Part shown: in pieces, positions 19,127 through 27,874 of the stretch
Numbering within the stretch: the stretch's first letter is position 1
How the letters are laid out: the number at the start of each line of letters is the position of its first letter
Origin: a virus
Direction: 5' to 3' (one strand)
Virus record (IMG/VR): IMGVR_UViG_3300048597_000624
Span: 1-64,000 of that record
Length of the DNA: 64,000 nucleotides
The notes under the pieces: generated by a model
What the model was told of the DNA's origin: nothing
What the model saw: only the letters and a program-made list of their open reading frames with translations
Database searches by the model: none
Made by a program: the position numbers and the translations under genes

Positions 19127-20233
19127 ATGCCGAAGATCAATCTTCCGCGGTACCAAGGTCCACATAAGTCAGGTCAGGCGTATTGCCGCTGGCAAAAGAA
19201 GACGATCTACCTCGGAAAGTATGGATCCGACGAGAGCGTTGACGAGTTCAAGAAGCTTGTCGCGGCGATCGTAGGTGGCGATCCTGAACCGATTAAGCCT
19301 CGGTTTCCAACGCCGGAACATCCCGTTGTTGACTTGGCGGAACCCTACCTGGACTTCGCCGAGTCCTATTACAGCCAGAACGAATACGACTGCATTCGGT
19401 ACGCGGTAGATCTCCTGCTTGAATTGCACGGCTCGACCGAGCTCGACCAATTTGGCCCCCTGGCGCTCAAGCAGGTCAGAGAGGCCATGATCGCGAAGGA
19501 TTGGTCACGGCCGTACACCAACCACCAAATCGCCCGGCTCAAGCGGATGTGGCGATTCGGGGTCGAGAACGAAATTGTGCCGGCCTCTCTGGCCCACGCC
19601 ATCGAGAGCGTCAAGGCACTCCGCAAGGGACGCACGGAAGCCCGCGAGACGGAACCGGTTGAGCCAGTGGCAGACGAAATCGTGGCAGCCACCCTGCCCT
19701 TCATGTCGGCCACGATCGCAATGATGGTTCGCACTCAGCGGATCGCTGGAATGCGGCCAGGCGAAGTCTGCTCCATGCAAATGCGGGATCTCGAGGGTCG
19801 CGGGGATACTTGGCTCTATCGGCCGGGGCAGCACAAGAACACTTGGCGCCGCAAGCCTCGGGTGATTGCCATTCCGGCGTCCCTGCACGGGCCGCTCTGG
19901 GAGTACCTCAAGCCTGAGCCAGAGGATTACGTCTTCACGCCCAAGCCCCGCGGCTGTGTCAAACGGCCCTGCTACACCGAAGACACTTACCGGGTGGCTG
20001 TAGCCCGTGCTGCCAAAAAGGCGATTGAGGCTGGGGCAAAGGCTGTGCATTGGTCGCCAGGTCAACTCCGGCACAGCGCTGCAGACGAAGCGGTTCGCAT
20101 CCTGGGCCCAGTAGCGGCCCAACGGCTACTCGGCCACGCCAACCTGGATACGACTTCCATCTATCTGAGCCAGATGGTTGACGACCTGGTGCACGTGACC
20201 GAGCAACTGGACGCGCGCCGCAGGTCAGAATGA
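19127..20233 (+). CDS. Prophage tyrosine integrase (start re-called at MPKINLP)
   Basis: GMRPGEV, HKN, QLRHS, LGHANLDTTSIY. Confidence 0.92.
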   Translation: MPKINLPRYQGPHKSGQAYCRWQKKTIYLGKYGSDESVDEFKKLVAAIVGGDPEPIKPRFPTPEHPVVDLAEPYLDFAESYYSQNEYDCIRYAVDLLLELHGSTELDQFGPLALKQVREAMIAKDWSRPYTNHQIARLKRMWRFGVENEIVPASLAHAIESVKALRKGRTEARETEPVEPVADEIVAATLPFMSATIAMMVRTQRIAGMRPGEVCSMQMRDLEGRGDTWLYRPGQHKNTWRRKPRVIAIPASLHGPLWEYLKPEPEDYVFTPKPRGCVKRPCYTEDTYRVAVARAAKKAIEAGAKAVHWSPGQLRHSAADEAVRILGPVAAQRLLGHANLDTTSIYLSQMVDDLVHVTEQLDARRRSE

Positions 20234-20798
20234 CTTACCTGACGGTTCAAGCCGGTAGATTTCCGCTTTCACGCGGATTGGCTTGTTGCTGCAAAGCTTT
20301 TTCAGGCGAGACTTTGCGGAAACCGCTTCCTTGCGGCTGAGCGAAACGCGGACAATCCGTTCCGAGCTTCCATTGACGAGCGAGAGTACGTAGAGACATT
20401 GGCGCCTCACTTTTGCCCTTCCCGCGCGCAGCCCGACCCCATTTATCCAATCTGGAGCCCTGAAATCGGGGTGCTAACGCGATTGATTCGCCCAGATCAC
20501 GGGTAAGGCCCCATGGGGCTCATAGCCGGGCACCCGCACAAACCTGCATCCGTGCGGACGAGTGAAATGTACCTTTCGTGCGGATTTTACTGTACGGTCG
20601 TTCAGATGCAAGCAAAGGTGCTATCGCAAAATCTGGTGGTTTATTTTGCCCAACCCCTACCAGTAGAAATCCCGCCCAGATGGGCATTCCGGGTCATGGA
20701 CGCGGGGGTACGCGCTGCTAAAGTCGATATAGGTACGGATATAGCAATCAAATCAAAATGGTTGCAAGTTGCTTCCGCGGTGCGGACAATCGGCCCCC

Positions 20799-21143
20799 AT
20801 GGCGCGAAAGCATGAGGCACGAAAAGCTGAGGCGGTAGTCTCCAAGAAAGCACCGCTGCCGCTGAAGGGAGAAATTCGCAAATTCAGCAAGACGGTTCTC
20901 GATTGCTACGACGAAGCCTACGTAACTCGTCATGCAATTAAGCGGATGAATGAACGGGACATCCTTTGGCGGGAAGTTGAGCATGTCCTCTCAAATCCAT
21001 CGTACACCAAGGGACTTGATACTGAGCCAGGTCAAGAGCGATGGGCGCGCAGGAGATCGGCATCACATTGTGTGGATGTCATTTTTCAGCGCTTAGAAAA
21101 ATCATTGCGAATCATCACGGTCATTCTTGTAGAACGTTGCTAA
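20799..21143 (+). CDS. DUF4258-like putative ribonuclease toxin
   Basis: VTRHAIKRMNERDI...LRIITV pattern; paired with a DUF2283-like gene. Confidence 0.7.
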   Translation: MARKHEARKAEAVVSKKAPLPLKGEIRKFSKTVLDCYDEAYVTRHAIKRMNERDILWREVEHVLSNPSYTKGLDTEPGQERWARRRSASHCVDVIFQRLEKSLRIITVILVERC

Positions 21144-21149
21144 ATACCA

Positions 21150-21446
21150 ATGAAACCGGACAAATTCCATCTTCAGTATTCGGTTGAGACAGACGAGGGC
21201 ACCGGAGACGTAATTGCCGTTTACTTCAAAGTCCGAAAGGGCAAAGCGGCTGCAACAAAAGAAGTTCTCGGCGGAAAGGTGTTTGCTGACTACAACAGTA
21301 AGGGCGAACTGCTGGGCGTGGAAATGCTCGGCCCCTGCGAAGTAAAGGTTCTCGACCAAATTACTGAGGTACCGCGAGAGCGACAGTTTATTTTGTCGCA
21401 CACGCCGCGAGCCATGCTGCTGCCAAGCGCCTCAGCTATGGCTTGA
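21150..21446 (+). CDS. DUF2283-like putative antitoxin
   Basis: AVYF...TKEV...VFADYNSKGELLGVEML. Confidence 0.75.
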   Translation: MKPDKFHLQYSVETDEGTGDVIAVYFKVRKGKAAATKEVLGGKVFADYNSKGELLGVEMLGPCEVKVLDQITEVPRERQFILSHTPRAMLLPSASAMA

Positions 21447-21464
21447 TGCCGATCTTGTTTCTCG

Positions 21465-21499
21465 GCCCGTGACGTCGCGTCAGATGTCACGGGCTTTTT
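21465..21499 (+). terminator. Intrinsic terminator after TA pair
   Basis: GCCCGTGAC/GTCACGGGC stem plus TTTTT. Confidence 0.8.
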
Positions 21500-21891
21500 C
21501 ATTCGCCAGATTCCAGATTGGAATAATGGGCCGGAAATTCCAATCTCCCTGCGGAGTGCGCCTTCTGCTGACGAAGCTCCGCGTTCGTCCTGAGTTCTGG
21601 CTCCGCCTCAAGTTCGGCATCGGTGAAGCCAATAAATCGCTGATCTTCTAGAGCGAGCGGAAAGAACGTCATCCGGTCGAGTTCGGCAGGACGCTCCGTC
21701 GTCCACTGTGAGAGCAAGCCATTTTCCAGCTTGGCATAGACCGGGGCGTACAAGACGTCGGGGCCTCGCTCCACGACAGTCGGAATGAAAATCCCGATCA
21801 TCAGCCACGGGCCTGCGCGATGAACTTCACCCACGGAAGGCAGGTTAGCCTTAGCCGAACATGATGGACAGCCAGCGGGAGCATTTGACAT
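21499..21891 (-). CDS. Hypothetical protein with CPSC motif
   Basis: Co-oriented end of late operon. Confidence 0.55.
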   Translation of the reverse strand: MSNAPAGCPSCSAKANLPSVGEVHRAGPWLMIGIFIPTVVERGPDVLYAPVYAKLENGLLSQWTTERPAELDRMTFFPLALEDQRFIGFTDAELEAEPELRTNAELRQQKAHSAGRLEFPAHYSNLESGE

Positions 21892-21895
21892 TCGA

Positions 21896-22081
21896 TTATT
21901 CCTTCGCGATTTGCAGCAGCCCGTTCGCCGCCATCACCATGAACCCCAATACGCACACCACCATCAACCAGAATCCCGCGCGGCGGAGCGGTACCCAAGG
22001 ATCCTCACCTCGCACGGGCGGGAGCGGGGCGGCCTCCCCGAACGATTCGTCGTCGTCGTAATAGTCGAATCGGCTCAACAT
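21896..22081 (-). CDS. Small single-TM membrane protein
   Basis: GAGGGAG RBS; C-terminal hydrophobic helix. Confidence 0.55.
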   Translation of the reverse strand: MLSRFDYYDDDESFGEAAPLPPVRGEDPWVPLRRAGFWLMVVCVLGFMVMAANGLLQIAKE

Positions 22082-22182
22082 GGGATGGGCTCCCTCGATG
22101 AGAAAAGGCCGCGACCGGCGGGCGCTGGTGGGGCCCGGGAAGCCCCTCGGGGTAGAGATGCCGGCCGCGGCCCAGGTTCCTG

Positions 22183-22563
22183 TTATTCGTCACACCTTTG
22201 TTCGAGTTTCCGCTCGATCGTTCGCAATCGCTTGTGGTGGTCATTCAATCGCTGATCGTGCACTCGCACTTTTCTGATGGCCATCCGTGCTCGTTCCAGC
22301 GATTCAGTTGCCGCCCTGGACAGCTCCTCAATTCGCCGTTCGCTTTGCTCAGCCCGCTTGATTGACTCGTCGATCAGCTTCCGCAGTGCATCGAGACCTT
22401 TTTCGTTCTCCTCCGCGAGCTCCTGTAGCCGCATGAGGTGCTCATTCATCGCGTTGAATTGCTTGTAGCTCGCCCTCAACCACGCGACGAACGCGCCTCC
22501 CGTTCCGATCACCGCCGCCGCTGCCGCCGCATTCGCGGTCGCCTGCCAGTCGATCTCTAACAT
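22183..22563 (-). CDS. N-terminal TM plus coiled-coil protein (holin-position candidate)
   Basis: Hydrophobic N-terminus, heptad-rich C-terminus. Confidence 0.55.
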   Translation of the reverse strand: MLEIDWQATANAAAAAAVIGTGGAFVAWLRASYKQFNAMNEHLMRLQELAEENEKGLDALRKLIDESIKRAEQSERRIEELSRAATESLERARMAIRKVRVHDQRLNDHHKRLRTIERKLEQRCDE

Positions 22564-22673
22564 GACGGGGGTTAGCTCCAGTCATTGGAGTCTCGTCATA
22601 GAAAATTGCCCGGCGCGATGACGTCATGCCACCGCGCCGGGCTGCCTGGGGAAAACGCAGTCAAATGGGATGA

Positions 22674-23246
22674 TTACCCACGACTCGCACTGATGGCTAC
22701 CGAACCCGAGCCATTCAATCGCGCACCTCGCCGTGCGGCAGCGGCTGCCGCTAAGGCTCGGATGGTGTTGATGACCGGACGCGGGGGACCGGTTCGGCTA
22801 ATTGCCAAGCTTGCCGATCGGCCTCCGCAGCCACCACCGGAGCCGCAACCACTCGAGAAGACTTGCGGTTGAGCTTGAGTCGTCGCCGTCGCCGTCGCGC
22901 TCGAGCCCGTTTGCACCGGAGCCAACGCCAGTACCTGGGGTTGCGTTTGTACCGTAACCTGCGGCGCTGCGCTGATGAAAAACCGTGTGGCGATCGTAGC
23001 AGGAGCGATCCCCTGCACGATGGCCTGTCCAGTTCCAGCACTCGCAAATGCGTTAGCCGTTACCGGGTTCACAGTCTGGACGGCCGCCAACGGCTGAGCC
23101 AAATTGCATTGGCCATTGGCGCAGCCAACCTGAGCAGCAGAGATGTTGGCGGAACTGATCTGGCGAGTGCCGCATTGAGCGTTCGCCTTTCCGACTGTCA
23201 GGCACAAGCAGAGTGCCGCAGCCACGATGCACAAGAGATTTCGCAT
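22674..23246 (-). CDS. Secreted low-complexity Ala/Gln/Thr-rich protein (start re-called at MRNLLC)
   Basis: Signal peptide ending ANA; AAAGGTGAG RBS. Confidence 0.6.
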   Translation of the reverse strand: MRNLLCIVAAALCLCLTVGKANAQCGTRQISSANISAAQVGCANGQCNLAQPLAAVQTVNPVTANAFASAGTGQAIVQGIAPATIATRFFISAAPQVTVQTQPQVLALAPVQTGSSATATATTQAQPQVFSSGCGSGGGCGGRSASLAISRTGPPRPVINTIRALAAAAAARRGARLNGSGSVAISASRG

Positions 23247-23272
23247 GATTCTCACCTTTCGTTGGAGTCTGG

Positions 23273-24112
23273 TTATTGCATCGGGACAGCGCTCGACTCC
23301 AAGAGCGCCGCCGTATTGTTCAAAAAGTTCGACCACGTCTCAGGAGACCCGAGAACCCCAGCCATTTGCGCGGGCGTTGCCACCTCCTTAAGCCGCACAA
23401 AGAACGACGACCATCGCGCAAATGGTTTCGGACCAATGGCGATTTCGCATGCCCTTTCGAGTTCGATAAACGGATCGGCTTCGAGCGGGACTTGTCCGCT
23501 GGCAATGAGGTTCGCGAGTTCTCGAAACGATCCGGCCAAGGCCTGACCCTCCCCGCCCTTGTTGGAGCTTTGCACTTCAGCGATCGACTTGAGTAAGAAC
23601 TCATCGACGTTGAACTGCTGTGGTGGGCCAACGAAATCTTGAGCGGTGACGTCGGGCTTGGGTGCTTCGACAATGACAAATTCCCACACGTGCTGCGCTA
23701 CCAAACCGCCGTTGCCCGCGACACTCACGTGCAGTTGATAAATCCCCGGCTGGCCAGCAAAGTTCGCGACTCGCCCGTCCGGCGAAACGTCAAGCCCATT
23801 GACCTGCGGCAGTACGCTCCAGGCGAAGCTCGTTACCGTACCGGTAGTTTCAGCAATGAAGTAAAGCTTGTTGCCAACAATGCCATCTGCCGGGCCTTTT
23901 AGGCGAACAGACAGTGGCGACTGCGATTCATTGACCACCCGCACGATCTGACTTTGCTCTGGCACGTGCAAGGTAGGCGGAGAGACGGGCAGCGGCTCAA
24001 CCTCAACAGCCACTGCGGAGCGAGGCATATCATCAACTGATTGACCGTCTAACGAGCCAGCGCCAAGCAGGACGGCTGCTGCTAAGGCTGAAATGGTTTG
24101 ATGCATGGTCAT
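23273..24112 (-). CDS. Secreted protein with Ig/PKD-like beta domain
   Basis: Signal peptide; FAWSV...PGIYQLHVSV pattern; ATGA overlap with peroxidase. Confidence 0.6.
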   Translation of the reverse strand: MTMHQTISALAAAVLLGAGSLDGQSVDDMPRSAVAVEVEPLPVSPPTLHVPEQSQIVRVVNESQSPLSVRLKGPADGIVGNKLYFIAETTGTVTSFAWSVLPQVNGLDVSPDGRVANFAGQPGIYQLHVSVAGNGGLVAQHVWEFVIVEAPKPDVTAQDFVGPPQQFNVDEFLLKSIAEVQSSNKGGEGQALAGSFRELANLIASGQVPLEADPFIELERACEIAIGPKPFARWSSFFVRLKEVATPAQMAGVLGSPETWSNFLNNTAALLESSAVPMQ

Positions 24113-25113
24113 CGTGGCAATCCCGGAGCCGTGATGCGTGGGTAAGTTGGTGAGGACAATCCTTCACGAAGGAAGGCTTCAAGCTGGGCCTGTTCCTCAT
24201 CATCCAGGCCGAGCAGTCCAATGCGGGGATCTTGGTTTCGATCGACGCGCCCCCCGATCGACCATCCCGCGTTGTATCCATCAATTACTGCTGCCAGATC
24301 GAGAATCGTTCCCGCGTGCATGTAAGGAGGTGTTCGGCTAATTTCGCGTAGTGTCGGTGTTTTTGCCGCTCGAATGTCTGCTGCCGTTGCTTGGCCTCGG
24401 AGAAATCCGCCGCGAAGGCGATCGCCGGTGTTCGAGAAGAATGCAATGCCCGTGTTGTGAAATTTGCCGTCGGTCATAAGCGGGTAGGTGTGGCACTCAT
24501 TGCACTTGAGCGTGATGCCAGCACGGTTGGGACGCAGGCCCATGAACAGCTGGAAGCCTGCCTCCGCCTGGGAGCTTAAGGCTCGCGTGTAGCCTGCCAT
24601 GCGTTTGTCGACCGGGGCGTCGAACGAGAGTACCGAGTTTTCAAAGCTGGCGATGGCATGACCAAGACGGGCGGCATTGCACGGCTGGCCATAGGCCGCC
24701 AGGAACAAAGATCGATAGCCGCGGATCGAGTTGACCCGGTTCACCACCTGCTGCACTGAGCCGTTGGCCATTTCGACGGGATTGACCAAGGGGCCAAGAG
24801 ATTGCTGCGCGTGGCCGAGCGTGTTTCCGTCCCAGAATTGATTGGGAAGGTAGGTCGCTCCGATCACTGTGGGGGCATTGCGGGTGCCGCGCAGGCCGCG
24901 TACGCCGATGGATACGCTCTGCGGTTCCGCAAAGCCATGGTCCGCGCGATGGCAGGTGGCGCAACTAACCGTGCCGTCGATTGAGAGGCGCGGGTCGTAA
25001 AACAGCTTGCGCCCCAATTCCACGCGCTCGGGGGTGACGGCGACGTTCAGCGGGGCGCCGGGCGTTGGCGGCTGAGCGAGAGCCAGTGCCAGGAATGCGG
25101 CGAAGAAATTCAT
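24109..25113 (-). CDS. Di-heme cytochrome c peroxidase (bCcP/MauG family)
   Basis: LGRKLFYDPRLS, CATCH, RNAPT, QFWDG, CNECH, KTPTLRE, PYMHAG; signal peptide. Confidence 0.92.
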   Translation of the reverse strand: MNFFAAFLALALAQPPTPGAPLNVAVTPERVELGRKLFYDPRLSIDGTVSCATCHRADHGFAEPQSVSIGVRGLRGTRNAPTVIGATYLPNQFWDGNTLGHAQQSLGPLVNPVEMANGSVQQVVNRVNSIRGYRSLFLAAYGQPCNAARLGHAIASFENSVLSFDAPVDKRMAGYTRALSSQAEAGFQLFMGLRPNRAGITLKCNECHTYPLMTDGKFHNTGIAFFSNTGDRLRGGFLRGQATAADIRAAKTPTLREISRTPPYMHAGTILDLAAVIDGYNAGWSIGGRVDRNQDPRIGLLGLDDEEQAQLEAFLREGLSSPTYPRITAPGLPR

Positions 25114-25874
25114 GCGGATGGCTCCGGATCGTCGCGACGCAAGACCTTCCAGTCGCGAGACTCATCCAAAACCCCCTGCACAATTGGCAGCAGCGAGCTG
25201 CCAGGCCGGGACATTGATATCAGTAGGTTGAGGATTCTGCCTTTTAACTCGTCGTCTTGAATCCAACGACCGGTGGTGTCTCGCGGCATCGGCACCGCTC
25301 GCGGCACTACTGCCGGACCTTCGTCATCCGGCGCGGGCGGTAAGTTGCCCCCCTCTTCCGCGTCGCAGATGAACAAATGCGGAAACGCACTGTAGAGCAC
25401 AAACACCATCACACCAGGCTTGAGCCGCCGCAGGTCGCTGCAGAACTGATCCACGTCCTCAATCGCGTCGTGCTCGAATGAATATCGAAGCTCTTCAATC
25501 TCCACGTCTGTCACTTGACCAACAAACCGTTGATTGGCATCGCTAAAGATCGCGCGATACCAGACCACCACGCGGCCGCATTCACTGGTTCCGATGCGAA
25601 GCTCCGCTTCTGGCTGCACTCGGCCGCGATGCTCATCGACAACGACGGTTGACTCTTCTTGTAACCAAGCCAACAGACGTTCCGCTGGCGACAGGATCTC
25701 ACGTTGTTGCGGCGTATAGGTGCTCTCATCCGTCGCGACAGGCTGAGCAGCGCGGCCGGCAATTGCCGGAGAGGTCGAGAGATCCCAAGCGGCGACAGTC
25801 AGACTCACGACCAATAACGTTAGACCAACGCCCACTTTCCACCTGCTGCTTAAAAACTCGGGCACGATTTTCAC
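25110..25874 (-). CDS. Membrane-anchored or secreted hypothetical protein (start re-called at GTG, VKIVPE)
   Basis: AAAGGAG RBS before GTG; N-terminal TM helix; stop overlaps peroxidase start. Confidence 0.6.
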   Translation of the reverse strand: MKIVPEFLSSRWKVGVGLTLLVVSLTVAAWDLSTSPAIAGRAAQPVATDESTYTPQQREILSPAERLLAWLQEESTVVVDEHRGRVQPEAELRIGTSECGRVVVWYRAIFSDANQRFVGQVTDVEIEELRYSFEHDAIEDVDQFCSDLRRLKPGVMVFVLYSAFPHLFICDAEEGGNLPPAPDDEGPAVVPRAVPMPRDTTGRWIQDDELKGRILNLLISMSRPGSSLLPIVQGVLDESRDWKVLRRDDPEPSA

Positions 25875-25903
25875 TGCTTCACTCCTTTGTGAGTCATCAA
25901 CAA

Positions 25904-26986
25904 TCAAAAATTGAAAGCCAGGTCGAACTGCCCGGCCGGCGAGTAAATCTTGATGGGCCCCAATTCCAGCAGCAGCGCGACGTCGCCAGGGTCCGCGGCG
26001 CCACCGTCCGGAGCTTCCGGCGGAACAACCGAAGCCAGTAGCTTGTCGACCTTGAGCAATCCGCGGCCAACCGCGCGACCGTCGTTGGGGTCGACAATGT
26101 CGATCGCCCCGTCGTCCAGGTGCTTGCGGAGCTCGTCCATCGTCCGCAGCGGAGTGATTCCCCCGCCGAGCCGCTTGTGTCGATCGAGCAGCAGCGCGGT
26201 GCAGCCGGCGACCATCGGGCAAGCCATGCTCGTCCCGCTGATCGTTGCATGCCCGCCATTGAGCCAGAGCGATGTGACGTTCGTGCCTGGGCCGGCGATG
26301 TCGACTTCCGGTCCGCGCGACGAGTAAGGCGCGGGCTGTCCGTCCTCGCCATAGGCCGCGACCGCGATCGTGTCGAGATTCGGGTGTCCCACAGGCTGGT
26401 GGTAGCGTGCCGGGAAGTTCACGTCGTAATCCCGGCCGGTATTTCCCGCCGCGCAGATGACGAAGACTCCTCGCGAGACGGCATATTCGATGGCTGCCGC
26501 AATCTCCGGATCTGGGTATGGAGAACCAAAGCTTGCGCTAATGACGTGAGCGCCTTGCGCCACCGCCCAATAAATGGCCGCAGCGATCCAGCGATTCTGT
26601 CCGGTCCCTCGATGGAGCACCTTGCCGATCAACAATTCGCACTCGGGAGCGAACCCGATAATTGGGCCTTTGTCTTGTCGAGCCCCAACGATGCCCGCGC
26701 AGTGCGTGCCGTGGCCGTCCTGATGATCGTCCCAGAACTCGTCGGAATCGCCATAGGGCGTGAAGTTGCGGCCCGCAAGGATCGCATCAAACAGATCCCC
26801 TTCGTTCGCGTGGATTCGATCAACCCCCGTGTCGAGCACCGCGACCCGGATGCCTGCCCCGGTCGCTCGCGCGAGCGCATCCGGTAAGCCGGCCTGCCCC
26901 CAGTCCAAGCGGTCCTTGAGCTCATTGGCCAAGAACACCGTTTGGACTTCGTACGGCGGCAGGTGGCTTTCGCGGCGATTCGACAT
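25904..26986 (-). CDS. S8 subtilisin-like serine protease
   Basis: VAVLDTG, GHGTHCAG, AAGN, SGTSMACP triad motifs; no obvious signal peptide. Confidence 0.93.
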   Translation of the reverse strand: MSNRRESHLPPYEVQTVFLANELKDRLDWGQAGLPDALARATGAGIRVAVLDTGVDRIHANEGDLFDAILAGRNFTPYGDSDEFWDDHQDGHGTHCAGIVGARQDKGPIIGFAPECELLIGKVLHRGTGQNRWIAAAIYWAVAQGAHVISASFGSPYPDPEIAAAIEYAVSRGVFVICAAGNTGRDYDVNFPARYHQPVGHPNLDTIAVAAYGEDGQPAPYSSRGPEVDIAGPGTNVTSLWLNGGHATISGTSMACPMVAGCTALLLDRHKRLGGGITPLRTMDELRKHLDDGAIDIVDPNDGRAVGRGLLKVDKLLASVVPPEAPDGGAADPGDVALLLELGPIKIYSPAGQFDLAFNF

Positions 26987-27040
26987 GGGATTGACCTTTG
27001 GAACGAACGGATGAACACACCAACTGACGTTGGCAGGCGG

Positions 27041-27445
27041 TTAGGCCGTGGCGGGCGGGGCGGGGAGCGCACCGCGAATCGCAGCGATCAACTGCATCAC
27101 GAGCTTGATGATTGCAATGATCCCTGCGAGGTCGCTTGCCGAAGACTCACCGGCGAAAGCTTCGTCGATGCAGGCATATTGCTCATCGAGACTCAGCGGA
27201 ACGGCATCGGACGCGACCGAGAAGTCCAGGGAAATTCCGAACAGCGCGAGAAGTTCCTTGACGAGAGCGCCGATCTTTTGCACGTTCTCGGAGTTGATGA
27301 GTTCCAGCAATTTGCGGAGTCGCGAGCCGTCGGCACTGCGCAATAACTCGGCAAGTCTGCGAGCCAGTTCGATCAATCGAACTCGGTCGCCGACGGCGGC
27401 AGCGTAGGCCATCAAATTGAGCAGCGCGGCAGATTGAGCCGTCAT
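27041..27445 (-). CDS. Hypothetical amphipathic/membrane protein
   Basis: Follows tRNA, hydrophobic C-terminal helix. Confidence 0.55.
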   Translation of the reverse strand: MTAQSAALLNLMAYAAAVGDRVRLIELARRLAELLRSADGSRLRKLLELINSENVQKIGALVKELLALFGISLDFSVASDAVPLSLDEQYACIDEAFAGESSASDLAGIIAIIKLVMQLIAAIRGALPAPPATA

Positions 27446-27493
27446 AGAAGCACCCTTTGCAAGGAGTGAAAGAAAGAATCCCGGTCCCGGAAG

Positions 27494-27569
27494 TAGCAGG
27501 GGCTGGATTCGAACCAGCGATCTCAGGGTTATGGGCCCTACGAGGACGGCCAGACTCCTCTACCCTGCA
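27494..27569 (-). tRNA. tRNA-Met(CAT), initiator-type, phage-encoded, C at position 33
   Basis: T1:T72 mismatch, A11:T24, GGG/CCC in anticodon stem, loop CCCATAA, GCTGG-TTCGAAT-CCAGC, A73. Confidence 0.88.
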
Positions 27570-27616
27570 CGGGCATACTGCCAGCAAGGTCGGCGCGCGT
27601 AAAATGACCAGACATT

Positions 27617-27874
27617 TCAAGCGCTGGTCGTGCTAGCGTCTTGAGCGGAAATAAAATCGGAGAGCTGCCGCACCAGGTGAGCCGGAATGCGGTCGAAATG
27701 CCGCTTCACGCCATCCGCGATCGCGTCAGCATCAGGACGATCTTGACACTCTGGGCAACGCCGAGCGCGGACGTCGAACCCCTGCATCGGTACTTTCTCT
27801 CCGCAGCCGGTGCAAATCCAACGATGCTCGCGGTGCTTTTTCCCTGCACGCTCAGCCATCAGTCTCGAACCCAT
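27617..27874 (-). CDS. Small zinc-finger protein
   Basis: CTGC...CPEC. Confidence 0.55.
   Translation of the reverse strand: MGSRLMAERAGKKHREHRWICTGCGEKVPMQGFDVRARRCPECQDRPDADAIADGVKRHFDRIPAHLVRQLSDFISAQDASTTSA

Noticed and set aside
21465-22645. Hairpins at 21465, ~22105-22173 and ~22607-22643 as further attenuator copies
   Set aside because: Terminator-like stems without the GGGU-R-UCGR leader
25875-26222. N-terminal extension of the 370-aa ORF 25110..26222
   Set aside because: Overlaps the S8 protease out of frame; a strong RBS supports a GTG start at 25874
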